From NCBI GenBank assembly GCA_965552135.1, contig CBEVQY010000006.1:8713-72712 (forward strand): DNA of 64,000 nucleotides, written 5' to 3'. Origin of the DNA: an uncultured bacterium (GTDB lineage Bacteria; UBP14; UBA6098; B30-G16). Below the pieces are notes generated by a model. That model was not told where the DNA came from. It ran no database searches and worked only from the letters and a program-made list of their open reading frames with translations. Shown piece by piece: positions 19,591-29,848 of the stretch. Each line of letters begins with the position of its first letter. Position 1 is the stretch's first letter. The position numbers were made by a program, and so were the translations under genes.

Positions 19591-22167
19591 ATGATGGTAT
19601 GGAGGGATGCAAGGATGTTGTTTTGGGCGTCGTTATTGTACGTGTCTCTTCTCGTTGCGCAGCCTGTGAAACATGGTGATAATGTTCTATTTCGCTTTTG
19701 GGCTCCACAGGCTAGGATTGTTTACCTTGCTGGCGAGTTCAACAGCTGGAACCCTCGCGCGCTGCCAATGCAGAGAGACTCATCAGGTATGTGGATAGTT
19801 GAGTTGCAGCTTGAGCCCGGCGTTTATCAATATAAGTTTGTAATAGATGGAATCGATTGGCGCGAGGATCCAAATAATCCCTATAAAGTCGATGACAACT
19901 TCGGAGGTTACAATTCCGTTTTGACGATAACTGCTGATGGTGATGTTGTACTGGGAGAACTTCCATATACGGGTCCTTTGTCCGACGAATATGTGGTTAA
20001 TGGGAAGTTGTATTTAAATATAATTTGGCACCAGCATCAGCCGTTGTATCTCGATCCAGAAGATGATAAATTAATAGGTCCTTGGGTTCGTGCACACGCT
20101 ACAAAGGATTATTACGATATGGCGGCAATGCTCGAGAAATTTCCCAACGTTCACTGTACGATCAATTTAACTTCAGTTCTGTTATTCCAATTGCAGGAAT
20201 ATTATGTAAAGCGCCTAGGAGAGTGCGTTGACTTAAGTGCGAATAGAGTTGATACTGCAAAATACTGGGCGAAATGGGGTGGGCGCGTAGATCCCTGGAT
20301 CGACCTTGCGTTGAAACCTACCGAGCTTTTTACTGCGGAGGACGATGCGTACCTTTATAAAAATGCGTGGAATGCTTTTGGAATTTCGGATGTTATGATT
20401 GAACGATTTCCTGAATATAAAGCGCTGAAAGAGAAGGGCGGGAATTATAGTATTGACGAAAAGCGTCAGATCAAGTTCTGGCACTATCTTGCTTGGTTCG
20501 ATCCCGATTTTCTGCGAGGACCCGTGAAGCTCGCCACCGGTTATGTTTGCGATCTATCGGACTTAGTCGAAGAGCGAGACGGCAAATTTTATCTCCGCCA
20601 TCCGGTAACTGAAGATGATTGTAATAGAATCATTGCCGAAGTTTATAAAGTATGTGCCGCGATTATCCCGATTCATAAGAAACTAATGTACGATCCAGAC
20701 ACACATCAGGGTCAGATCGAAATTATAACAACACCGTATTATCACCCTATTCTTCCTTTAATATGTTCAACGGATATAGCTCGCGTTTGTCAACCTGGCG
20801 CGCCGCTGCCCAAGCTTTTCTCATACCCTGAAGATGCGCAAGCGCAGGTCGCTAAAGCTGTTGCATATTATAAGTCTATTTTCGGAAAGGCACCGTATGG
20901 AATGTGGCCGGCTGAAGGAGCTGTTGCAGAAAACATTTTGTCCGTGTTGGCTTTGAATAATATATTATGGATGGCAACTGGCGACGGCGTTCTTTACCGT
21001 TCTCTTCCTGGAGCTCCTTTCTACTTTCCCTATCGGGTTGACACCGACACTATCCCAGGCTTTTCGGAAAATGCCCTTGCCATTGTTTTTAGGAATACTG
21101 AGCTGTCAGACAAAATAGGGTTTAGGTATCAGCGAAAAACGGGTGAGCAAGCTGCGGATGACTTTATTCGTTCTATTATAAAATACGCTTCCCCGGACGA
21201 GGACAGGTTGCTGACGGTGATTCTCGACGGCGAGAACGCATGGGAGTGGTATCGACTTGACAATGATGGTAAACAGTTTCTTCACGCGTTATATCGTAAA
21301 TTGTCGAAGCTGACTGAGGAAGGGAAGGTTATAACGGTGACACCTATCGAGTATATAATGGGTAATCCAGCCCGAGGCGTTCCCCCTCATCCCGTAACTG
21401 CGATGCCAGAGATAGAGCCTCTTTGGCCTGGTTCGTGGATCAACGCCAACTTCGATACTTGGATCGGTGAAGACGAAGAGAATCGCGCCTGGGAGTACTT
21501 GCTTCAAACTCGGCAGGACTTGGGCACGTCTGGGATTGCGCCACCGGATCCCGCTGAAAGTTGTCCAGATGCTGGTTCGCCGGCCTACTGCAGATATATG
21601 GCGTGGGAGGAAATGTATGCGGCCGAGGGAAGCGACTGGTTCTGGTGGTATGGGCAGGACCAAGGAGCCCCCGGCGGGGACAAGCCGTTTGAACGTATAT
21701 TCTTGACTCATCTTAAAAGCGTGTATAGTTTTATGAAGGAGTGCGGTTGGAAAGGGGAGATGCCGCAGTTTGAGCCGATCCTTACCGGCCTCGCCGGTGG
21801 AGGCGGTGTTATGGCAGAGTCCAGCAAAATGGTAAAAGTTATATTTACCTGTGATGCGCGTGCGATAAATGTACCCGATGCTATATATATAGCGGGTGAA
21901 TATCCCGAGCTTGGTTCTTGGGTACCTAATAAAGTACGCATGTATGACGACGGCACTCACGGTGACGAAGTTGCAGGCGATGGGATATGGACCATAACCT
22001 TCGAGTTCCCTGTTGGCACATCCGTTCAGTATAAATATACTAACTCCGGCAAAATCGGTGTTTGGAGCCCGAGCGAGGAGTTTCCGGCGATAAATCGGAA
22101 AATATATGTTCGTGACGAAGGAAATGGCACGATGATCGTTCGAGATATTTTTGGGAAAATGGACTAA
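19591..22167 (+). CDS. Glycoside hydrolase family 57 alpha-glucan-active enzyme with N-terminal CBM48 and C-terminal CBM-like module, secreted
   Basis: Signal peptide. N-terminal CBM48 (YLAGEFNSWNP...GVYQYKFVIDGIDWREDPNNP). GH57 conserved regions IIWHQHQPLY, GQIEIITTPYYHPILPL, WPAEGAV, VILDGENAWEW, AEGSDWFWWYG. C-terminal module DDGTHGDEVAGDGIWT...YKY. Confidence 0.75.
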   Translation: MMVWRDARMLFWASLLYVSLLVAQPVKHGDNVLFRFWAPQARIVYLAGEFNSWNPRALPMQRDSSGMWIVELQLEPGVYQYKFVIDGIDWREDPNNPYKVDDNFGGYNSVLTITADGDVVLGELPYTGPLSDEYVVNGKLYLNIIWHQHQPLYLDPEDDKLIGPWVRAHATKDYYDMAAMLEKFPNVHCTINLTSVLLFQLQEYYVKRLGECVDLSANRVDTAKYWAKWGGRVDPWIDLALKPTELFTAEDDAYLYKNAWNAFGISDVMIERFPEYKALKEKGGNYSIDEKRQIKFWHYLAWFDPDFLRGPVKLATGYVCDLSDLVEERDGKFYLRHPVTEDDCNRIIAEVYKVCAAIIPIHKKLMYDPDTHQGQIEIITTPYYHPILPLICSTDIARVCQPGAPLPKLFSYPEDAQAQVAKAVAYYKSIFGKAPYGMWPAEGAVAENILSVLALNNILWMATGDGVLYRSLPGAPFYFPYRVDTDTIPGFSENALAIVFRNTELSDKIGFRYQRKTGEQAADDFIRSIIKYASPDEDRLLTVILDGENAWEWYRLDNDGKQFLHALYRKLSKLTEEGKVITVTPIEYIMGNPARGVPPHPVTAMPEIEPLWPGSWINANFDTWIGEDEENRAWEYLLQTRQDLGTSGIAPPDPAESCPDAGSPAYCRYMAWEEMYAAEGSDWFWWYGQDQGAPGGDKPFERIFLTHLKSVYSFMKECGWKGEMPQFEPILTGLAGGGGVMAESSKMVKVIFTCDARAINVPDAIYIAGEYPELGSWVPNKVRMYDDGTHGDEVAGDGIWTITFEFPVGTSVQYKYTNSGKIGVWSPSEEFPAINRKIYVRDEGNGTMIVRDIFGKMD

Positions 22168-22186
22168 CTAACCTAAGGAGGTAACA

Positions 22187-23422
22187 ATGCGTATTATAAG
22201 AATACTCCTACTTCTGACGGCAGCTTTGGCGATTTTGACGTCCTGCGGCAGGAAACAGAATAGGGTCACGACCATAACGATTTGGCACCAGATGCAAGTC
22301 GAAGGGCGCAGTGTACTTAGGAAATTATGCGATGAGTATCAAAAACTACATCCAAATGTTAAAATTGAACTTTTGTATAAAGAAACGGAGGAGCTGCGTT
22401 CAGCGTTCCAAACTGCTGCTCTGGCTGGCTCGGGACCTGAACTTGTGTATGGTCCTGCTGATCAAATTGGACCTTTTGCTAAAATGAAGATTATATTGCC
22501 TCTTGACACACTGTTCTCATCGGATACATTAAAGCATTTTGATCCTAAGTCATTAACCTACTTTGAGGGTCATCTGTATCAAATAGGTGATAGAGTCGGC
22601 AACCATTTAGCGCTAGTTTACAATAAAGGGCTTGTTTCTACCCCTCCTCAAACATCGGAAGAGCTTATTAAAATAGGTGGGCAATTAACCAAAGACATCG
22701 ACGGCGATGGACGGATAGACCAATATGCTCTTGTCTGGAATTACACTGAACCTTATTTCTTTGTTCCGTTCATAGGGGGTTTTGGAGGCTGGATTATGGA
22801 CGAAAATGCCCGTCCAACTCTGAATACACCAGCTGTCGTAAACGCATTTAAGTTTATCGTGGCGCTTCGCGACAGCTACAAGATTATTCCGAAGGAATGT
22901 GATTATGATATGGCTGATGCTCTTTTCAAGGAAGGGCGAGCTGCCATGATTATAAACGGTCCTTGGTCGTGGGGTGGATATATTAAAGCGGGGATCGATA
23001 TTGGTATTGCTCGCATTCCTAAAATGTCTGAGACTGGACTATGGCCAACACCTATGTTCTCGCCTAAAGGGTATTCAATAAACGAAAATATTTCTGCGAG
23101 CAAACTGAAGCAAGTCGTTGAGTTACTGTATTATCTCACCTCACCGCGTTCTGAGCTTGAGTTTACTAAGGTGCTCGGGACGATACCATCGAGGCTGGAG
23201 GCACAAAAGGATACGGTTGTTGTGAATAATCCGATTATAAAAGCCTCCAAGGAGCAGCTTGAGGTTTGTAAGCCTATGCCTGTTGTGCCGGAGCTGCGCG
23301 CGATCTGGGACGCGATGAGACCGGCTTATCAAGCGGTCTTAGCGGGTACGATGACCCCTGAGGATGCAGCCAAAGCTATGCAAAAAGAAGCCATTAAAAA
23401 AATAAAGGAGATGTATGAATAA
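22187..23422 (+). CDS. ABC transporter substrate-binding lipoprotein, maltose/maltodextrin-type (MalE-like)
   Basis: Lipobox LTSC and family 1 solute-binding-protein features (ITIWHQMQ..., GPWSWGGY). 411 aa. Confidence 0.8.
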   Translation: MRIIRILLLLTAALAILTSCGRKQNRVTTITIWHQMQVEGRSVLRKLCDEYQKLHPNVKIELLYKETEELRSAFQTAALAGSGPELVYGPADQIGPFAKMKIILPLDTLFSSDTLKHFDPKSLTYFEGHLYQIGDRVGNHLALVYNKGLVSTPPQTSEELIKIGGQLTKDIDGDGRIDQYALVWNYTEPYFFVPFIGGFGGWIMDENARPTLNTPAVVNAFKFIVALRDSYKIIPKECDYDMADALFKEGRAAMIINGPWSWGGYIKAGIDIGIARIPKMSETGLWPTPMFSPKGYSINENISASKLKQVVELLYYLTSPRSELEFTKVLGTIPSRLEAQKDTVVVNNPIIKASKEQLEVCKPMPVVPELRAIWDAMRPAYQAVLAGTMTPEDAAKAMQKEAIKKIKEMYE

Positions 23423-24317
23423 AATGAAGGGAAGTTTACACAAGAGCGAAGCATTTTTTAAGTATATATTCCTCACTCCAGCGCTTTTGGTTATTTTTGC
23501 CGTAGTCGTTTATCCGTTCGTATATAATATCGTGTTATCACTATCTAACATGAGCATGACCCACTTCCGCGACTGGAGGCTCGTCGGTTTTGCTCAATAT
23601 AAAAAGGTTTTTACGGAACCAATATTTTACTCTGTCTTCCTGAAAACGGTGATTTGGACGGTTGTCAACGTATTTTTCCATGTCGTCATAGGCGTTTTTT
23701 TGGCTGTTTTGCTCAACCGCAATCTTCCTGGGAAAAGCGTGTACAGAACGTTGCTTATCATTCCCTGGGCTGTTCCGCAGTATATTACTGCTCTGACCTG
23801 GCGCGGAATGTTTAACTATGAGTACGGCGCTGTCAACCTCTTCCTGTCCAAATTCCTGCATCTACCTATGATCCAATGGCTCAAACATCCGTTTTATGCT
23901 TTTGTCGCATGTATAATAACGAACGTTTGGCTTGGTTTTCCGTTTATGATGGTTATCGCCTACGGTGGGCTTCAAGCAATACCGCGCGAGCTCTACGACG
24001 CCGCTGAGGTCGATGGCGCAACTGCTTGGCAGAAGTTCTGGAAAATAACTGTGCCTTACCTTAAACCTGTTATGACGCCTGCCATTATCTTGGGCATCAT
24101 ATGGACGTTCAACAACCTGAACGTGGTCTGGCTTGTGTCGAACGGCGGAGAACCTTCAGATAAAACGCATATTCTCGTCTCATATGTATATAAAGCGGCT
24201 TTTAACCTGTATCGTTACGGCTACGCTGCGGCGTTGTCGATGGTTATATTCCTAATTCTGCTTATATTCGCTGTGCTTTTCATAAAGCAGACTAAGGCGA
24301 CGGAAAGCATATATTGA
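23415..24317 (+). CDS. Carbohydrate ABC transporter permease (MalF-like)
   Basis: Six-TM permease with EAA-type loop (GATAWQKFWKITVPYLKP). 8-bp overlap with the upstream binding-protein gene. Confidence 0.8.
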   Translation: MNKMKGSLHKSEAFFKYIFLTPALLVIFAVVVYPFVYNIVLSLSNMSMTHFRDWRLVGFAQYKKVFTEPIFYSVFLKTVIWTVVNVFFHVVIGVFLAVLLNRNLPGKSVYRTLLIIPWAVPQYITALTWRGMFNYEYGAVNLFLSKFLHLPMIQWLKHPFYAFVACIITNVWLGFPFMMVIAYGGLQAIPRELYDAAEVDGATAWQKFWKITVPYLKPVMTPAIILGIIWTFNNLNVVWLVSNGGEPSDKTHILVSYVYKAAFNLYRYGYAAALSMVIFLILLIFAVLFIKQTKATESIY

Positions 24318-25162
24318 GAGGTTCGGCCATGAAGAGGCGACGACGAATAGTAGATGCCCTTATTTATGTATTTCTAACCTGCTTTACGGCTGCAACCCTT
24401 TATCCCGTTGTGCGGGTTGTGTCGATATCGCTTCGACCTGGCGACAGACTTCTGTCCACATCGCTGCGGATAATACCCAAGGACGCGACCTTAGAGGCAT
24501 ATAGACGCCTTTTCACCGAAACACCCTTCTTGCGCTGGATGTTAAACTCCCTCATCGTCTCAGCTGCCGTAACTTTAACCGGTGTTGTGCTTGCTGCGAC
24601 CGCTGGTTATATTTTCTCTAAGCACGATTTTATTGGAAAAAAACTCAGCCTAACGGCAATTCTGACGACGCAGATGTTCCCCGCTACTATGTTGCTTCTG
24701 CCCATGTATATTATGTTGTCTAAGCTTGGGCTGATCAACAGTTACTTAGGATTGATTATAGTTTACACTGCCACAGCTCTGCCGTTTTGCATATGGCAGA
24801 TGAAGGGTTATTACGATACCATCCCAAACTCGCTCTACGAGGCTGCCATAATCGATGGGTGTTCCCACTTCCAGGCGTTTTATAAGGTTATTCTGCCCCT
24901 TGCTGCTCCAGCGCTCGTTATAACGGCTTTGTTCTCGTTTATGTCTGCGTGGTCGGAATATATTGTTGCTGCGCAGATACTACAGCAGCCCGATATGTTT
25001 ACTCTCCCCCTCGGGTTGAAGCAGTTTCAGTCCAACATGACGACGCAGTGGGGGCTTTATGCCGCTGGCGCCGTCGTTGTGTCGATTCCCGTCGTCGTGC
25101 TTTTTATAATCTTGAGCCGATGGCTCATAAGCGGCTTGACGCTTGGCAGCGTTAAGGAATAA
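24314..25162 (+). CDS. Carbohydrate ABC transporter permease (MalG-like)
   Basis: Permease with EAA motif ([25 protein letters not shown]). 4-bp overlap with the upstream permease. Confidence 0.8.
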   Translation: MRGSAMKRRRRIVDALIYVFLTCFTAATLYPVVRVVSISLRPGDRLLSTSLRIIPKDATLEAYRRLFTETPFLRWMLNSLIVSAAVTLTGVVLAATAGYIFSKHDFIGKKLSLTAILTTQMFPATMLLLPMYIMLSKLGLINSYLGLIIVYTATALPFCIWQMKGYYDTIPNSLYEAAIIDGCSHFQAFYKVILPLAAPALVITALFSFMSAWSEYIVAAQILQQPDMFTLPLGLKQFQSNMTTQWGLYAAGAVVVSIPVVVLFIILSRWLISGLTLGSVKE

Positions 25163-25182
25163 AAAGCACAGCGAGGTGCAGT

Positions 25183-26238
25183 ATGGCGGAGGTCGTTCTG
25201 AAAAAGGTAAATAAAATATATCCCGGCGGCGTGCATGCCATAAAGGACGTTTCGCTCGAGGTAGAGGACGGTGAGTTTCTCGTTCTCGTCGGTCCTTCCG
25301 GGTGTGGAAAGTCGACGCTTCTTAGGCTCATCGCCGGTCTTGAGGAGGCTACGTCGGGCGAGATCATAATAGGCGGCAGGGTTGTAAACGACGTTGCGCC
25401 GAAGGACAGGGATATATCGATGGTCTTTCAGAACTACGCCCTCTACCCGCACATGACGGTCTACGAGAACATGGCGTTCGGACTTAAGATACGCAAGTTC
25501 CCGAAGGATGAGATCGACAGGCGTGTGAGGGAGGCGGCGGAGATGCTGGGTCTGACGGACCTTCTGGATCGCAAGCCCAAGGCTCTCTCCGGCGGGCAGA
25601 GGCAGCGTGTTGCGCTCGGCAGAGCCATCGTGCGAAAGCCCAAGGTGTTCTTGTTCGACGAGCCTTTGTCAAATCTCGACGCAAAGCTTAGGGTGCACAT
25701 GAGGACCGAGATAAGCAAGCTCCACCAGAGGCTTGGGACCACGATGATATACGTAACCCACGACCAGGTCGAGGCGATGACGATGGGCGACAGGATCGCC
25801 GTCCTCAAGGATGGCGTCATCCAGCAGCACGACACGCCGATGAAGCTTTACAACGATCCCGTGAACATGTTCGTTGCGGGTTTCATAGGCTCCCCCGCAA
25901 TGAACTTCATCGATGGGTCGGTTTCGGGCGAGGTCATAACGCTTGGTGAGGTCTTATTGCCGAAGCCCAGGCAGGTTGAGCCGCCCGGTGGGGAGCTTGT
26001 GGTCGGGATAAGACCGGAGCACTTCGTCGTCGATCCGGAGGCTCCGCATCTTTCCGCCGTCGTCGAGGTTGTGGAGCCTATGGGGAACGAGACCTTCATC
26101 TACTTCCAGCTCGGCGGGAGGCAGGTTGTGGCTCGCATACCCGCAAGCTACGCCGTCCGCGTGGGCGATAAAGTCCCCATCCGCATCGACACAGAGAGGA
26201 TAAAGTTCTTCGACCCCAAAACGGGTCTTAGGCTTTAG
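25183..26238 (+). CDS. Sugar ABC transporter ATP-binding protein (MalK/UgpC-like)
   Basis: Walker [11 protein letters not shown]-loop, [14 protein letters not shown] signature, Walker [11 protein letters not shown], and a C-terminal TOBE-like regulatory domain. GC-rich codon usage again. Confidence 0.9.
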   Translation: MAEVVLKKVNKIYPGGVHAIKDVSLEVEDGEFLVLVGPSGCGKSTLLRLIAGLEEATSGEIIIGGRVVNDVAPKDRDISMVFQNYALYPHMTVYENMAFGLKIRKFPKDEIDRRVREAAEMLGLTDLLDRKPKALSGGQRQRVALGRAIVRKPKVFLFDEPLSNLDAKLRVHMRTEISKLHQRLGTTMIYVTHDQVEAMTMGDRIAVLKDGVIQQHDTPMKLYNDPVNMFVAGFIGSPAMNFIDGSVSGEVITLGEVLLPKPRQVEPPGGELVVGIRPEHFVVDPEAPHLSAVVEVVEPMGNETFIYFQLGGRQVVARIPASYAVRVGDKVPIRIDTERIKFFDPKTGLRL

Positions 26239-27107
26239 CCTTTGGGTCCGTCTCCGAAGAGTTCTGGGCGTTGTCGTCGCAGAGCCTTGTAGCCTTCGGT
26301 GAAGTAGTGTTTCGCCGCCTGTTTGTCTCCGGCAAACTCCATAACCTGCCCCATGGCGTACCAGTGGGCGGGTGTATCGGGGTCGATGTCTATGGCGCGC
26401 CCGACGAAGTCTGCGGCACGCTCGTAGTCTCCATCGGCGGCGATAAGCAGCCCCAGCGCTGCCCAGGCGGGGGCGAAGCTCGAGTCGAGCGCCAGCGCCG
26501 CGCTGAACTCGTCCTTCGCGGCGTCGTAATCGCCAACGGCGTTGTGGCAAAGACCGAGGTTGAAGTGCACAAAGGGCACATCAAGCCCCATCGTTTGGGC
26601 GACGTCTATGGCGCGCCGGAACGACTCCTGTGCGCGCTCATACTGCTCAAGCTGGTAGTAGAGCGTCCCGAGGTCGTTCCACACGTCCCAAGAGCCCTCC
26701 GGGTTGTCGAGGGCGTAGGTCGTAAGGAGCTCCAGAGCCTGCTCGAGCTTTCCCTCCTCCATGAGTATCGCCGCCTCGACCCTCGGGATTCGTTCGTCCG
26801 ATGCGTCGAGTTCGCGCGCCGTCGCCAGAAACTCCTGCGCCTCGCGCGGACGATGAAGTTTGGCGAGCGCAAGGGCAATGAGGAGGTGTATCCTGCCTAT
26901 CTCGGGGCGCATCTCGGCTGCGCGAAGCAAAAGATCAAGCGCTTTCTCGTAGTCGGCGCAGTGCATCCTGAGCGTAGCAAGCCCGAGCACAACGTCACAG
27001 TTTGAGGGGTCCTTTGCGTGCAAAACCTCCAGAAGTAGCTCCGCGTCGGAGAAAAGCCCCTTCGCCAAAAGGGAGAACGCCCGCGATATTTCCTCCTCGA
27101 CCGCCAT
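26235..27107 (-). CDS. Tetratricopeptide repeat protein
   Basis: Multiple TPR units (e.g. ...[30 protein letters not shown]...). Start trimmed to the internal ATG (MAVEEE...). Convergent 4-bp overlap with the ABC ATPase stop. Confidence 0.55.
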   Translation of the reverse strand: MAVEEEISRAFSLLAKGLFSDAELLLEVLHAKDPSNCDVVLGLATLRMHCADYEKALDLLLRAAEMRPEIGRIHLLIALALAKLHRPREAQEFLATARELDASDERIPRVEAAILMEEGKLEQALELLTTYALDNPEGSWDVWNDLGTLYYQLEQYERAQESFRRAIDVAQTMGLDVPFVHFNLGLCHNAVGDYDAAKDEFSAALALDSSFAPAWAALGLLIAADGDYERAADFVGRAIDIDPDTPAHWYAMGQVMEFAGDKQAAKHYFTEGYKALRRQRPELFGDGPKG

Positions 27108-27156
27108 CTTTGTATAAAGATGTCGCGTGTTGTTGCGCTGTTCAAGGCTTTTTTGT

Positions 27157-27843
27157 TCAGGGTCTTTGGGGCGGGCGGTCGCCCACAAGGATCCCGTCCG
27201 AAAGCTCGAGCACCCTGAAGCCAAACCGCTCCACCAGATCAACGTCGTGGGTCGCCATAAGGACCGCCGTCCCCTGGCGGTTTATGTCCAGAAGGAGCTC
27301 CATTATCTCCTCCGTGGCGTGCGGGTCGAGGTTGCCCGTGGGCTCATCCGCAAGGAGCAGCAGGGGTGAGTGCACAAGCGCCCTCGCTATTGCCACGCGC
27401 TGACGCTCGCCGCCCGAAAGCTCCTGGGGGTATGAGCGCGCCTTGTGCAAAAGCCCAACGCGCGAAAGAAGCTCCCGGGATCTTTCCTTCACAAGCTTCG
27501 GCGGATATCCGCACACGCGCAGCGCAAACTCCACGTTGCCCAGCGCTGTCATATCGTCCAAAAGCCTGAAGTCCTGAAAGACTACGCCAAGCTTGCGCCT
27601 TAAAAACGGGATCTCGTCTTTTGAGATGTCGTTCAAACACTTTCCGGCAAACTCTATCCGTCCGGTGTCGGGGCGCTCCTGCACAAGAACAAGCTTTATT
27701 AATGTCGATTTCCCCGCCCCGGAGGGACCAACCAAAAACGCAAACTCGCCCTCCTCGAGGACGAACGACACCTCTGAGAGCGCAACCCACCTGTCGTCGT
27801 ATATCTTCCCGACCTTTTCGAACACAAGGAGCGGCATACGCAA
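27157..27843 (-). CDS. FtsE/LolD-family ABC ATP-binding protein
   Basis: GPSGAGKST, LSGGERQRVAIARAL, LLLADEPTGNLD. 228 aa with no TM domain. No adjacent FtsX-like permease. Confidence 0.7.
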   Translation of the reverse strand: MRMPLLVFEKVGKIYDDRWVALSEVSFVLEEGEFAFLVGPSGAGKSTLIKLVLVQERPDTGRIEFAGKCLNDISKDEIPFLRRKLGVVFQDFRLLDDMTALGNVEFALRVCGYPPKLVKERSRELLSRVGLLHKARSYPQELSGGERQRVAIARALVHSPLLLLADEPTGNLDPHATEEIMELLLDINRQGTAVLMATHDVDLVERFGFRVLELSDGILVGDRPPQRP

Positions 27844-27850
27844 CCTCGTT

Positions 27851-29848
27851 TTACTTTATGTACAAAAGCTTCGTCGTCTTTCTTTCCCCTCCGAGGCTTA
27901 GGGCCGCGATGTAGATTCCCTGGGGCAGCTTGTGCGGTGGACTCCACGTGATCGTGCTTGTGCGGCTCTTGCGCTTAGCGGGCGCCTCGGCGCGGTAGAC
28001 AAGCCTTCCGGTGTGGTCGTATATGCTCAGGCAAGCCCCGGACGGCACGTTGAAACTGCACGATGTCTTGAAGGGGTTTGGGGACGCGGTCAGGGTGACT
28101 TTGGGGGCATCTTTCCGTCCGATTCCCGCGTTTGGCGCAAGATAGACGGTGCTTGTAAGCGGCACGCTGTCGCGCGCTCCGTAGGCGCTGAAGATGTACC
28201 AAAGCCTGATCACATAACTACCCGGCTCAAGCCCCAAGGTTGGGAAGCAACACAGCGTGTCGTTGTGGACGGGGTGCTCGATCGTCCCCGTGAGGGGGGT
28301 GAAGTGGCTTGTGTCGCCTTCGGGCGCGTACTCGATGCGGTAGCCTTCGTATTCAAAGGGGGAGAGGTCGGTTCGCACGTCTCTTGCCGTGCCGGTTATG
28401 TAGATCGAGTCGTCCACGCGGGTTGGAGCAGGCAGGTTCAGACTTGCCTCGAAGACCGCAGCAGAGTCGTAAACCAGGATCGGGTCGGGAACGACCGAGT
28501 TGTACAAAAGGGCGAGCGCTCTGTCGCAGGCTATGAGGTTGCCCCAAACGAAGTTCGTGTAGAAAAGGAGCGACACAGACCTCCCTCCAAGCAGCGCCTC
28601 GGAGAAGAGGGTTGACTGAAGCACGGTCATCACGGACGACCCGTTTGCGCCGATGTGACCTCCTGTGCCGTCGCAGGTGGCGTTAAGTATGGTTGCGCTG
28701 CTTGTGCTGTCTGCCAGACATTCGCCGAATATGCAGCTTTGGAGGACTATATCGGCGTTTTCGAAGGCGTAGAAGTTCCAGGTTCGCACCGATGAGTTGA
28801 CGAGGTGCAGCGACCGCGCCGGCAGTGGGGCGAAAAAGTCGTCGTAGTAGGCTCCGTTGACTATGCCGCGTATCGTGTCGCCCGAGGCGCTGAGGAATAT
28901 GTTGCCGCACCCGAATATGTCGGCGTCGTGCGCCTCCACCTCGGCTCCGTCCTCGACCATAAGCGCCCACAGCGGGTCGTTGAGGCTGTCGAGGCGCACA
29001 ACGTAGCCTATGCCCCCGCAGAGCGTGTCGGGAAAGACGAACGATTCCACAAATCCAGCTTCGCCGAATGGGTTGTGCAGTTCGCAGCGTGAGCCGTCCG
29101 CGAAGCCAAGCCAAATGAGGATGGAGTCGCTTTTTTTCGCCACAAGGCTGCAGGAGTCGCACAAAAGGACGAACTCTCCCGCCCTGTCGGCGCATCGGAC
29201 GTCCACTGAGGCGTTGTCGAACATTCCGAACGTGATGAACGCGCCGTCCATCTCGACGGTGTCCATCGAAAACTGCGCCCTCGCCGCCACAGCCGCCGTG
29301 ATCGGAAAGTTCGAGCTGTTGAGAACGCAGCCTCTGAAGGCAATGCAGGCACTGTCGACGGCAAGAAGCGTCCGCTGGTATATGTGCTCCTGGAATATGG
29401 TGACTTCGGCTTCTTCGAAGCTTGCGGTGGAGTTTCCCGTTGCGCACAGGTCGCCCAAAAGCCCGAAGTTGCAGCGGCGAACTATAAGCTGGGCGTTGGC
29501 CGTAAGGTATATGTCGCCCGTTATCGTCGTGTCGTGCTCGATGACGAGGACCGTGTCGGGGTTTATCTCCCCGAGGACGAGCCCATCTTCGTGTGTATGG
29601 ACGAGCTCTTTCGCCTTCTTTCCGCGGTAACCGAACCTTGCGAGGAGCGAGCCGCAGCCCGTGCTGGGATCGTCGGCTCTGGTTTGAACCTCAGCCGCAC
29701 TTGCCCGGGGATTTTCGCGCACAAACGGAACGCCACCCGGAAGCGGTAGAAGCTGCCCCCACGCAAAGCTGAAGGCAAGCGCGAAAAGCAAAGCCGTCGG
29801 GAAAACCCTTTTCCACGTTGCGTTTACCTTTCCCATTTCCTCTTCCAT
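27851..29848 (-). CDS. Secreted hypothetical protein with a T9SS type A C-terminal sorting domain
   Basis: Signal peptide. C-terminus ASPNPFKTSCSF...LSIYDHTGRLVYR...GIYIAAL...LLYIK. Confidence 0.55.
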   Translation of the reverse strand: MEEEMGKVNATWKRVFPTALLFALAFSFAWGQLLPLPGGVPFVRENPRASAAEVQTRADDPSTGCGSLLARFGYRGKKAKELVHTHEDGLVLGEINPDTVLVIEHDTTITGDIYLTANAQLIVRRCNFGLLGDLCATGNSTASFEEAEVTIFQEHIYQRTLLAVDSACIAFRGCVLNSSNFPITAAVAARAQFSMDTVEMDGAFITFGMFDNASVDVRCADRAGEFVLLCDSCSLVAKKSDSILIWLGFADGSRCELHNPFGEAGFVESFVFPDTLCGGIGYVVRLDSLNDPLWALMVEDGAEVEAHDADIFGCGNIFLSASGDTIRGIVNGAYYDDFFAPLPARSLHLVNSSVRTWNFYAFENADIVLQSCIFGECLADSTSSATILNATCDGTGGHIGANGSSVMTVLQSTLFSEALLGGRSVSLLFYTNFVWGNLIACDRALALLYNSVVPDPILVYDSAAVFEASLNLPAPTRVDDSIYITGTARDVRTDLSPFEYEGYRIEYAPEGDTSHFTPLTGTIEHPVHNDTLCCFPTLGLEPGSYVIRLWYIFSAYGARDSVPLTSTVYLAPNAGIGRKDAPKVTLTASPNPFKTSCSFNVPSGACLSIYDHTGRLVYRAEAPAKRKSRTSTITWSPPHKLPQGIYIAALSLGGERKTTKLLYIK

